Source: an uncultured delta proteobacterium (GTDB lineage: Bacteria > Desulfobacterota > Binatia > UBA9968). From it: 64,000 nt of DNA. This document shows positions 50,577 through 59,188 of the stretch, one piece after another; position 1 is the first letter of the stretch; each line of letters begins with the position of its first letter. The position numbers were made by a program, and so were the translations under genes. The notes under the pieces are model-generated. The model was not told where the DNA came from. It saw only the letters and a program-made list of their open reading frames with translations, and made no database searches. The stretch spans positions 224,001-288,000 of the forward strand of contig CAWFJP010000003.1 of NCBI GenBank assembly GCA_963816145.1, in the 5' to 3' direction.

Positions 50577-50869
50577 CACCACCAAGTCACGAAGAGCACG
50601 AAGTTCGGAGAAATAATTGCTCGAACCCTTCGTGTCCTTCGTGCCTCCTTAGAAAATAACTTTCGGGGGATGATCTCCACCCAAATGGAAGAGGCCACCC
50701 GAGGTTCCGTCATACCCGCGGAAGCGGGTATCCAGGCTAATTCGGCGGTGAATCACCCTGGATTCCCGCCTGCGCGGGAATGACGATTCGAACAGAGTAA
50801 CAGGTGGAGGGGAATCCATCTGTTTTCAAAGTCTGTAGACGAGCGCAAGCTCATAAACGCTTTGTGGTG
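50577..50869. repeat. Periodic REP-like palindrome (CACGAAG type) interrupted by MITE copy 3
   Basis: caccaccaagtcacgaagagcacgaag ... cttcgtgtccttcgtgcCT[insert]CTttgtggtg. Confidence 0.8.
50647..50859 (+). mobile_element. Non-autonomous CT-flanked REP-targeting element (MITE), copy 3, 213 bp
   Basis: Ends CCTTAGAAAATA...TGTAGACGAGCGCAAGCTCATAAACG; CT at 50645-50646 and 50860-50861. Confidence 0.72.
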
Positions 50870-50974
50870 AAACAGTCTTTGTCATCCGGCACGACGTCCC
50901 ACACTTCCCTTGTCTTCTTGCGCCTACGTGCGTTAAGAGAATCATACTGGCAACTAGGCTGTTGGGGGGCATTC

Positions 50975-52447
50975 ATGGACGAGATCAAGATTGTCGACAC
51001 GACGCTGCGCGACGGCAACACCAGCCTATGGGCGCATAATATGACCACCGGCATGATGCATCCGGTGCTGCGCCATATGGACCAAGCCGGTTTCGACGCC
51101 ATGGAGTTCTTCGTCGCCGGCAGATTCAAGAAAGTTATCCGCGAGCAACTCGACAATCCCTGGGATTGGGTGCGCTACGGCCAAAAGGAAATCAAAAATA
51201 CTCAACTGCGCTATCACGGCGGCCTCACCGGTGGCTTTATTCTAAGCCCCCTGTGCATCCCGCGGCTACTGCTGAAGCTGGTCATCGGCTACGGCATTAA
51301 CATGACCCGCTTGTCCGATCCATGGAACGATTACGACGAACTCAAAGGCGAAGTCGAAGAGCTGCGCTCCATGGGCATGACGTCGGTGGTCAATTTGATC
51401 TATTCGATCTCGCCGCGCCACACCGATGAGTACTACGCGCGCAAAGCCCGCGAGGCCGCGGCGATGAAGCCCTATCGGCTCTGTTTCAAAGACGTCGCCG
51501 GCATGCTCACACCCGACCGTGCTTACACCCTAGCGAAGCTGATTCTCGAAAACGTCGGCGACGTGCCGGTGGAGTTCCACTGCCACTGCAACAACGGCTT
51601 GGCGCCGTTCAACGTTCTCGAAGTGGTCAAGGCCGGCATCCGCATCGTCCATACATCGATACCACCACTGGCCAACGGTTCAGCGCAACCGTCCGTGTTC
51701 AACGTCGTCAACAATCTGCGCGCACTGGGTTACAAGCCGCTGGTCAATGAAAAGGTCTTGCCGCCCGTGGAGGCACATCTGCGCTATTGTGCTAAAGTCA
51801 CCGGTCTGCCCATCGGCGCGCCGCGGGAATACGATCAAGGTTGGTACCGTCATCAAGTGCCGGGCGGCATGATCTCCAACCTGCGCCACCAGCTAAAAAT
51901 GCTCGGCAAAGAGGACAAAATGTCGGACGTGCTCGAAGAGATTGTCCAGGTGCGCGCCGAGCTCGGTTATCCGATCATGGTCACGCCCTTTGCCCAGTTC
52001 GTCGGCAGCCAGGCGGCGATCAATATCATGACCGGCGAGCGCTACAAAGAAGTCACCGACCAGGTGATTCAATTCGCCCTCGGCCTGTGGGGTAAAGAAG
52101 GCGCCCAGTACATGGACAAGGAAGTCAAAGCGAAAATCCTCGACCGTAAGCGCGCCCGCGAGATGGAAAGTTTTCAAATCCCCAACACGCCGCTGGAAGA
52201 AGTGCGCAATCAATATGGCGGCGCGAAGATCTCCGACGAAGAGCTGATCATGCGCTACTACGCAGGCCCGGAGTTCGTCGACGCCCTAAAGTCAGCGCCG
52301 CCGCGCAAAGAATACTTAGACGCGAGAAAACCGCTAGTAAAGTTGGTCGAAGAACTAGGCAAAAAGAAAGATTTGGGGCACTTCTATCTCAAGAAAGGCG
52401 ATATCACGTTGTCGATTCGCCGTGGCAGTGAGGCGGTTGTCGAGTAG
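50975..52447 (+). CDS. Second pyruvate carboxylase B / OadA-like carboxyltransferase without biotinyl domain
   Basis: VDTTLRDGNTSL, FKDVAG, FHCH, HQVPGGMISN, LGYPIMVTPFAQFVG. Confidence 0.87.
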   Translation: MDEIKIVDTTLRDGNTSLWAHNMTTGMMHPVLRHMDQAGFDAMEFFVAGRFKKVIREQLDNPWDWVRYGQKEIKNTQLRYHGGLTGGFILSPLCIPRLLLKLVIGYGINMTRLSDPWNDYDELKGEVEELRSMGMTSVVNLIYSISPRHTDEYYARKAREAAAMKPYRLCFKDVAGMLTPDRAYTLAKLILENVGDVPVEFHCHCNNGLAPFNVLEVVKAGIRIVHTSIPPLANGSAQPSVFNVVNNLRALGYKPLVNEKVLPPVEAHLRYCAKVTGLPIGAPREYDQGWYRHQVPGGMISNLRHQLKMLGKEDKMSDVLEEIVQVRAELGYPIMVTPFAQFVGSQAAINIMTGERYKEVTDQVIQFALGLWGKEGAQYMDKEVKAKILDRKRAREMESFQIPNTPLEEVRNQYGGAKISDEELIMRYYAGPEFVDALKSAPPRKEYLDARKPLVKLVEELGKKKDLGHFYLKKGDITLSIRRGSEAVVE

Positions 52448-52503
52448 GAGCAACCCCCCGTGGTTGCCCTTTCGGACGGGCAGGCACAGGGGCCTGCCCC
52501 TAC
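52444..52503. repeat. GTAG-type REP doublet (REPIN-like)
   Basis: GTAGGAGCAACCCCCCGTGGTTGCCC ... GGGCAGGCACAGGGGCCTGCCCCTAC; the GTAG overlaps the upstream stop codon. Confidence 0.85.
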
Positions 52504-52548
52504 AAGAATGGGTCGCGCAATTTTTGGTGCGACATCTCGTACCGAGAA

Positions 52549-53556
52549 TTATTTTTCATACAATTTCTTCACAAACCCGCTCGCTTCGATCTCTCGTGAA
52601 ATCTTGTACGCGACGAACTGCTCCGGATCGGCATTTTTGGCGGCGGGAACTGTGCTACCGAGTTCTGCGAGAATGGTCTTAATACCGTCGACAGTCGGGA
52701 TCGGCAGCGGCAGGTATTTGTTTACGTAGTTGTTGTAGCTGTCTTCCAAGACCTCGCGATCGGCGTTGCGGTTATATTTTTTGACCACCGCCATCGCGGC
52801 TTCCTTGTTACGCTTGAAATCATGGATCGCCTCGATGTAGGCGAGCATGAACTCTTTGACAACCGACTCGTTCTTCTGCAAAAACGATCTTGTCGTCCCG
52901 AGCGGCGCCATCGGATAGTGCAAGCCCAACTCGGCCAAGTCACCCAACTCGCGGAAACCGGCCTTGCGCGCCACCAGTGAAGCCGTACCGCTCAATACAC
53001 CGGCGTCGATTATCTTCGTCTGCATGGCGCGCACGGTGTCCTGAGTCGTGCCGATCTGTAAAATATTCACATCGCGATCGGGATTAATTCCCCACTTTTT
53101 GAGCGCCAATCGGATGGCGAAGTCGGAGGTTGCTCCGTAGCGGCTGACGCCAAGCTTCTTGCCTTTGAGTTGCGCCGGGCTGGTCATCTCCGGCGGGCCG
53201 AAGACTTTGAAAACGAAGCCATTGATCGCTGCCGAAAGAATCACCGTGTCCGCGCCCTGCAACGCCGCTTGCACCAAACCGGACCCTGACAGCGAGGCAA
53301 TTTCCAAATCTTTGGCGATTAAAGCACGTAATGAAACCGCCCCTGTGCCCATGCCTACCAGCAATACATCCAAGCCGCGTTTTTCGAATAGTTTGCTTTC
53401 CTTGGCGAACCACAACGGCGCGATGGCGCCGTCGGTGGAGCCATAGCCGGCGATGACCTTAATCAATGGCTTGGCTTGCGCCGCATAAACCAGTTGGTAA
53501 TGCCGCGGTGATAGAAATAGGATCGCTAAGAAAATCACCATTATGAAGCGTTTCAT
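52549..53556 (-). CDS. NMT1/SsuA-type ABC substrate-binding protein
   Basis: Signal peptide, PLWFAKESKLFEKRGLDV, LKGKKLGVSRYGATSD; GAGGTG RBS. Confidence 0.85.
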   Translation of the reverse strand: MKRFIMVIFLAILFLSPRHYQLVYAAQAKPLIKVIAGYGSTDGAIAPLWFAKESKLFEKRGLDVLLVGMGTGAVSLRALIAKDLEIASLSGSGLVQAALQGADTVILSAAINGFVFKVFGPPEMTSPAQLKGKKLGVSRYGATSDFAIRLALKKWGINPDRDVNILQIGTTQDTVRAMQTKIIDAGVLSGTASLVARKAGFRELGDLAELGLHYPMAPLGTTRSFLQKNESVVKEFMLAYIEAIHDFKRNKEAAMAVVKKYNRNADREVLEDSYNNYVNKYLPLPIPTVDGIKTILAELGSTVPAAKNADPEQFVAYKISREIEASGFVKKLYEK

Positions 53557-53566
53557 GCTGTTCACC

Positions 53567-54319
53567 TCAAGCCAGACTGCGCAGCAGCTTGCCGTAGTCC
53601 CGAATATCGGCCTTGATGCCAAGATCGTGAAATGGTGCCCAGATTTGGCCAACCGCGCTGCTGACCACCGGTTTGCCGAATGCGTCTTCCAACGGCTGGA
53701 TCACTTCCAAGGTCGGCCAAGCCGATGACGTTATCAGGATGGCATCGGAATCGGGATGACGGAGGCCGACATCTCGCACATGCTCAAACACCCGTTGCGG
53801 CGACAACATCGCCTTCTCGATCGAGGTCATACCGGTATCTAATCCCTCGATCGCGACAACATCGAAACCTTCGGCCATGAGAAACTCCCTGACCAGCTGA
53901 TTGTGTGCGGGAATAAACGATGTTGCCACCGCCAGCTTGGTTGCGCCGAGATATTTTAGACCGTCGGCAAACGCTTGCGGGCTGGTGGTGGCCTGCACGT
54001 TAGACTGTTGGCGCAGCCAGGCGAGCAATTCCCGGTAGCGCGCCACGCCTTTCGCCAGAACCATAGGCGCGCCACTGAGCGTAATATGATCGACCTGGGT
54101 CTCGCCCAGGCTGGCGATGGCATTCTCAAAACCCTGCCATGAAGCTTCAACCTGACTCGACTCACGAGCATCGCGAATGACTAGATTGCTCAAAACCAAC
54201 GTTACCCCGTCGGGTGCGACGCGATAAAATTCGTACGGGAATATTTCCGTGCAGGCGGTCGGCGAAATGTTGCCGATGCGCCCACGCCAGCCGTAACTCT
54301 TATCACCAATTGAGGTCAT
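53567..54319 (-). CDS. Maleate cis-trans isomerase / arylmalonate decarboxylase (Asp/Glu racemase superfamily) homolog
   Basis: YGWRGRIG.ISP, YRVAPDGV, LGATKLAVAT, LEDAFGKPVVSS, YGKLL; catalytic Cys absent. Confidence 0.75.
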   Translation of the reverse strand: MTSIGDKSYGWRGRIGNISPTACTEIFPYEFYRVAPDGVTLVLSNLVIRDARESSQVEASWQGFENAIASLGETQVDHITLSGAPMVLAKGVARYRELLAWLRQQSNVQATTSPQAFADGLKYLGATKLAVATSFIPAHNQLVREFLMAEGFDVVAIEGLDTGMTSIEKAMLSPQRVFEHVRDVGLRHPDSDAILITSSAWPTLEVIQPLEDAFGKPVVSSAVGQIWAPFHDLGIKADIRDYGKLLRSLA

Positions 54320-54402
54320 CGGCCTATTTGTGCGACAACTAGCGGTACCAATGCAAACAGTTTTGTGTCTTAAATGCGTCAATAAAACCAGGAGTTGCAA
54401 CC

Positions 54403-55384
54403 ATGATATTCACGGGACGAGGTCGCCGAGCTATTACTAATGCGCTAGCACTTGGTTTGATCTTGCTTGTAAGCGCCGCCCCGCTTTCCGCTCAGGAAAA
54501 GAAACTCATCATCGGCTACACCGCCCGTGATTTAAATAACTTCCCGCTATTCGCAGCCCAGGCGCGCGGTTACTTTCAAGGAAGCCGGCAAGGACGTTGA
54601 GTTGGTGCAGATCCGCTCGAACATTGGCTTGTCCGGGGTACTCGGCGGCTCGGTGGATTATTACACCTCGTTCAGCAGCGCGGTGACGCTGGCGGCGCAA
54701 CAGGGTTCGCCGATTGTCGGGATCTTCAGCATGATCGAGCGGCCGAGCCTATACATGGTCACCCGCCCCGAGATTCGCTCCATGGCCGACCTCAAAGGCA
54801 AGACCATCGGCCTGGGCTCCATCGGCGGCATCACGGTGACCATCACCCGGCGCATGTTGGCGCATTATGGGATCAACGCCAATGAGTTTACCATTGTTTC
54901 TTCCGGCGATTTGCCGGTGCGCTTGGCCGCGGTAAAGTCCGGCGCGATTCACGCAACTCTGGCCGGTCCGCCGGCACCCGTGCAAGCCAAGGAGCTCGGA
55001 CTCAACGTGCTCGCCTCCGCCGCGGATACCGTGGACTTCCCGTTGGCGGGGTTATCGACGTCAGTGGCTAAAATCCGCAATAACCGCGCGGAAGTCGTCG
55101 CAGTCCTAACGGCAATGCTACGCGGGCTTTTGTTTGTGCGCAGCCAGCGAAGCGAAGCGATTGGCTTGATCCAGAAACTATTCAGGATGGAACGCCATCT
55201 GGCCGAGGCCGGTTACGACCAGACGCTGCCCGCCTATAGTAAAGACGGCACGGCATCGGCGCGCGGCATTGAAAGCGTCCTTGAAGTGGCCCGCCAAGGC
55301 GGCGGCGCAAAAGCGGTTGGAATAAACGACGTGGTCGACTTTTCGCCGTTGCGTGAAGCGCAGTCTGCCTTGAAACTGCGCTAA
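54403..55384 (+). pseudogene. NMT1/SsuA-type substrate-binding protein with a one-base frameshift near 54575
   Basis: TAC TTT C AAG GAA GCC: removing one T joins AAQARGYF to KEAGKDVELVQIR, merging ORFs 54403-54600 and 54602-55384. Confidence 0.78.
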
Positions 55385-55563
55385 TAAGACATCGCCATTG
55401 AATTCACCTAGTAAAACAAATAAGTGACACCGACTCGACCCGGATCGATATAAGAGTATTTTTTGGAGAGAACGATTTAAAACGAACCGAGGCGATTCGA
55501 CAGCGATGGGAAGAGACCCCAAGATATTGAAGAGTCACTCTTGAAACCGTACTGATAGCGGTA

Positions 55564-56475
55564 ATGTCGAAAGTTCAATCCTTAGCGGAAGCTATTGCAA
55601 CCCATGTTCGCGACGGCATGTCGATCGCGTTGGGTTGCGGCCTGGAATCGCTAATTCCCTTTGCCGCGAGCCATGAAATCATCCGGCAGCACCGCAAGGA
55701 TTTGACCTTGATCGGACCGATATCCGATGTTCAATTCGATCAACTCATCGGCGCCGGCTGCGTTAAGAAGATTCAAGCGTCTTGGGTTGGCAATGTGGCC
55801 GCGGGGCTGGGCCATAATTTTCGCCGTGCCGCGGAGTTGCGTGACCCGGGACCGCTGGAAATCGAAGAGCATTCAAATTTTACCATGGGTCTGGCGCTCC
55901 AGGCGGCGGCCATGGGACTGCCCTTCTTGCCGACCCGATCGATCAAGGGCAGCGACATCGCCAAAGAACCGCACTTCGATCGCGTCCGTTGCCCGTTTAC
56001 CGGCGAAGAACTGCTCGCGGTGCGCGCCATTCGCCCCGAACTTGCCATCCTTCACGTGCAGCGGGCGGACGATCAAGGCAATGCCCATCTCTGGGGCAAC
56101 TACGGGGTCATGCGCGAAGCGGCAATGGCCGCTCAGAAAGTCATCCTAACCTGTGAAGAGGTCGTCGATCACGAGTTGATACTACGCGATCCCAATCGCA
56201 CCATTATCCCTGGTTTTGTCGTCAGCAGTGTTGTCCTTGAGCCCAACGGTTCCTTCCCATCGCCCACCCAAGGTTTTGCCAGACGTGATGATAGCTTCTA
56301 TTTCGAGTACCACAGCGCGACTCGGAGCGCCGATGGATTTAACAGCTGGTTGGAGAAATATGTCTACGGCGTGGAGACGCAGCGGAAATTTCTCGAACTC
56401 TTGGGCCGAGAGCGGCGTGAAAATCTCAAACCGCAGGGCGGGCTTTTTGCACCTACCGTCAGCTTCAATTACTAA
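55564..56475 (+). CDS. Family I CoA-transferase subunit A (GctA/CatI-like)
   Basis: LAEAI..HVRDG, IPFAASHEIIRQ, EIEEHS, AAAMGLPFLP, CPFTGE, HVQRADDQGN. Confidence 0.9.
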   Translation: MSKVQSLAEAIATHVRDGMSIALGCGLESLIPFAASHEIIRQHRKDLTLIGPISDVQFDQLIGAGCVKKIQASWVGNVAAGLGHNFRRAAELRDPGPLEIEEHSNFTMGLALQAAAMGLPFLPTRSIKGSDIAKEPHFDRVRCPFTGEELLAVRAIRPELAILHVQRADDQGNAHLWGNYGVMREAAMAAQKVILTCEEVVDHELILRDPNRTIIPGFVVSSVVLEPNGSFPSPTQGFARRDDSFYFEYHSATRSADGFNSWLEKYVYGVETQRKFLELLGRERRENLKPQGGLFAPTVSFNY

Positions 56476-56660
56476 ACGGCAAAACTATTTCGCGGATGCG
56501 AACAATAAAACCCTTCGCAAAGGCCAAGCCCATTCCTCACCATGCAGATATCATCCGCGCGAAGCTTGACCATACGACCGTCGTTTCATATGGTTTTGTG
56601 AAGGGACAGCTTGCGGCCATTTTTACACCCCTGGTTGGACTCGCTCGCGGCTAGGACATA

Positions 56661-57638
56661 ATGAAAAACTCGAAGAAAAATCTTCTTGATGCCAAACAAG
56701 ACAAGGACAAAAGCACCCGGGGCTTTGTCGTGCGGCAACAATTTGCGCCATATTTTTCTCCGGACGAATTTCCTACCTACGCGGCGTTTTTCCAATCGCC
56801 GGGTCAAACCATCAAGGTGGAACGCCGAACCCGAGTGGCTATTATCCCGCCGCGCGAAGACCCGCGGCATGCCGGGGCAGGAAAGACTTTCGTACTCAAA
56901 ACGTACGCTTATCCGTTTCTTCCGCGGATCCGCACCGGCTTTCGCATTTCCAAAGCCGAACAGGAATTCAACGGTCTGCTCCAGCTCTCGAAGCTTGGCA
57001 TCCCGGCCGTGGAACCGGTTGCCTTCGGAACCGAGAGAACTCGGCTCGGATTCGTCCGCTCTTGTTTTCTCATCACCGTGTTCGTTGACGGAGCCGCCAA
57101 CTTGACGGCTTGCAGTTCCGCGGTTCACGGTGGTGAACAAACTCACGGCCCGTCGCGGGCGTCATTGACTGAGCAAATCGCCATTCAACTGCGCAGGGCC
57201 CATGAGCGGCGTTTTTTTCTCTTTACGCCTAAGGCTAAAAACGTTCTGGTAAGAGAAACCGCGGACAAAACTGCCGAGACGATTTTTGTCGATATCCCAT
57301 ACGCGAGGTCGCTATGTTGGTCGCCCCTGGCCCGCTGGGGCCAACTCCGCGATATCGGCGTCTTCCTCGCCAGCCTGGACCCCTATGCCACAGAAGAAGA
57401 ACTCGGCGTGTTTTACCAAGCCTATTTACCCAATCCCCTGGGCGGCTCTGCCGCCAAACTCCGGCGCCAGGGTTGCAAAAGCATGCTGGCGAAACAGAAC
57501 CGGACCTTGGTAACGTCGTTAACCAAGCGGTTCAAACGGCGCTGGCGTAATTTCGTGCGCGGATCAGGCACCAAGGTGGTTCGAAATCATCTCATTTTCC
57601 TGGTGTCACGCTTTATTGCTGTTCAACGATACATATGA
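56661..57638 (+). CDS. LPS kinase (Kdo/WaaP/InaA)-like protein with degenerate catalytic loop
   Basis: FVLKTY, SKAEQEFNGL..L..LGIPAVEPVAFG, FLIT, KNVLV, FVD, LRDI. Confidence 0.65.
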   Translation: MKNSKKNLLDAKQDKDKSTRGFVVRQQFAPYFSPDEFPTYAAFFQSPGQTIKVERRTRVAIIPPREDPRHAGAGKTFVLKTYAYPFLPRIRTGFRISKAEQEFNGLLQLSKLGIPAVEPVAFGTERTRLGFVRSCFLITVFVDGAANLTACSSAVHGGEQTHGPSRASLTEQIAIQLRRAHERRFFLFTPKAKNVLVRETADKTAETIFVDIPYARSLCWSPLARWGQLRDIGVFLASLDPYATEEELGVFYQAYLPNPLGGSAAKLRRQGCKSMLAKQNRTLVTSLTKRFKRRWRNFVRGSGTKVVRNHLIFLVSRFIAVQRYI

Positions 57639-57670
57639 TTTTTGGGCTTTTGTTGATCTACTAACTTGAC

Positions 57671-58336
57671 ATGGATGAACAGATACTAGCGCGTTACAAC
57701 AGTCCCGAGGGATTGGCGGACTACAGCAAAAAATTCGAACGGCATTGGACCGAGCGGGTTAACAATTGGCACGAGCAACGCCTTCTACGCGAACTCTTGA
57801 GCGCGGTGCCGAGGGACCCTGGCCAGGGCATCGCCTTGGATTTGCCGTGCGGTTACGGCCGGCTCTATCCCATCGTTCGGGAACGCGCAAAGCGAGTTGT
57901 AGAAGGCGACTGGAGCTTTCAACTTTTGTCCGCGGCGCAGTCCTTGCAGCGCCGGGAGCCAGAGTTTGGGACAGCCGCCGGTTACGTGCGCGCCACCGCA
58001 CTAGCGTTGCCGTTCACGGACCGGGCGTTTAATTTCGTCTTGTCGGTGCGGCTTTGCCATCACATCCGCGAGCACAGCGAGCGCACCCAATACGTGAAAG
58101 AACTCATGCGTGTCGCCAACCAATGGCTGGCATTTACCTATTTCGACGAGAGCTCGATAAAAAACCGCTGGCACGATTATCGCCGCCGCTACAACGGCAA
58201 GCGGCCGAAATGGACGCTGCAACTAAGCGAGATCGAAGCTCTGTCCCGAAACCAGGGTTTTAAGATCGTGCGTTGCCTCTGGATGTCGCGGTTTTTTTCC
58301 GGTCACCGCTATTTGTTGTTGCAACGAACCCGTTAA
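57671..58336 (+). CDS. Class I SAM-dependent methyltransferase
   Basis: ALDLPCGYGRL, ALPFTDRAF, RLCHH. Confidence 0.85.
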   Translation: MDEQILARYNSPEGLADYSKKFERHWTERVNNWHEQRLLRELLSAVPRDPGQGIALDLPCGYGRLYPIVRERAKRVVEGDWSFQLLSAAQSLQRREPEFGTAAGYVRATALALPFTDRAFNFVLSVRLCHHIREHSERTQYVKELMRVANQWLAFTYFDESSIKNRWHDYRRRYNGKRPKWTLQLSEIEALSRNQGFKIVRCLWMSRFFSGHRYLLLQRTR

Positions 58337-58390
58337 CGCGCGCGGTTGCACACCGTCTCCCGCGTCGCAGGGTATTTTCGTGGTCAAAGG

Positions 58391-58646
58391 AATCGCAGAA
58401 CTTTCTTCCCTTGCCTGTTGGCACGTATCCGTAACCGGCTCAGGAATAAACGCCGCGCGACGACAATTGTTTTTTAATACCCTGAAGCCACAGAGACCCA
58501 AGAAGGTTTGGCACAGTGGCTCGAAAGCTACATTCACACCGTCACTGATCCCACTGCGCTGCTGGTCCTGCTTGGGGTGAACCTATCTCGATCAACCCAA
58601 GCCGCAAGGGAATGTGTTTGCACCGGCAACCAGCTTCAATTAGTAA
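58391..58646 (+). pseudogene. Decayed duplicate of the 3' end of the CoA-transferase A gene
   Basis: With stops and frameshifts reads GTYP*PAQE*TPRDDN..EGLAQWLESYI..LLG..KPQGNVFAPATSFN*, versus GSFPSPTQGFARRDDS..DGFNSWLEKYV..LLG..KPQGGLFAPTVSFNY*. Confidence 0.75.
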
Positions 58647-58673
58647 TCAAGACAAATTTCTAGGAGGTTCCTC

Positions 58674-59108
58674 ATGAAAACCGTACCGACAGCAAAATTA
58701 TCCCAAGAAGGCTGCGACATCATCGTCAACGCCGCCATCGAAAAGGCCAAGGAGCTCAAACAAATCGGCAGCATCTGCGTGGTCGACGCCGGTGGCCATC
58801 TTATGGCGTTCAAGCGCATGACCAATGGGCGCACCCATAATGTGATGATCGCACAAGCCAAAGCGCGCTGCGCCGCATTGACTACGGCAGCGACGGGCAA
58901 GACCGGCCGCGATGGCAGCGAGATTCCCGACCACCAAGTTTTGGCGCAAACCCTCGCGGTCGGCCCCGGTTGGTTCATCAGCATCGAGGGTGGCTTGCCG
59001 ATAACGGTCGATGGTCAGTGCATCGGCGCCGCCGGCTTTAGCGGTGCTCCGTCGGCCGTCGATCGCCAAATCGTGCAAGCCGGCATCGACGCGTTCAACA
59101 AAGCCTAG
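58674..59108 (+). CDS. GlcG/HbpS family heme-binding protein
   Basis: ICVVDAGGHLMAFKRM, IAQAKA, EGGLPI..DGQCIGAAGFSG...D; AGGAGG RBS. Confidence 0.88.
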   Translation: MKTVPTAKLSQEGCDIIVNAAIEKAKELKQIGSICVVDAGGHLMAFKRMTNGRTHNVMIAQAKARCAALTTAATGKTGRDGSEIPDHQVLAQTLAVGPGWFISIEGGLPITVDGQCIGAAGFSGAPSAVDRQIVQAGIDAFNKA

Positions 59109-59114
59109 AAAACC

Positions 59115-59188
59115 GCTCAAGGTTCAACGTTCCAGGTTCAAGATAGATCGAAATCCGGACGTTGAACTTTGAACCTTGAACCTTGAAC
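59115..59188. repeat. Inverted heptamer array (GTTCAAG)4 ... (CTTGAAC)4
   Basis: gctcaag gttcaac gttccag gttcaag ... gttgaac tttgaac cttgaac cttgaac. Confidence 0.8.
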
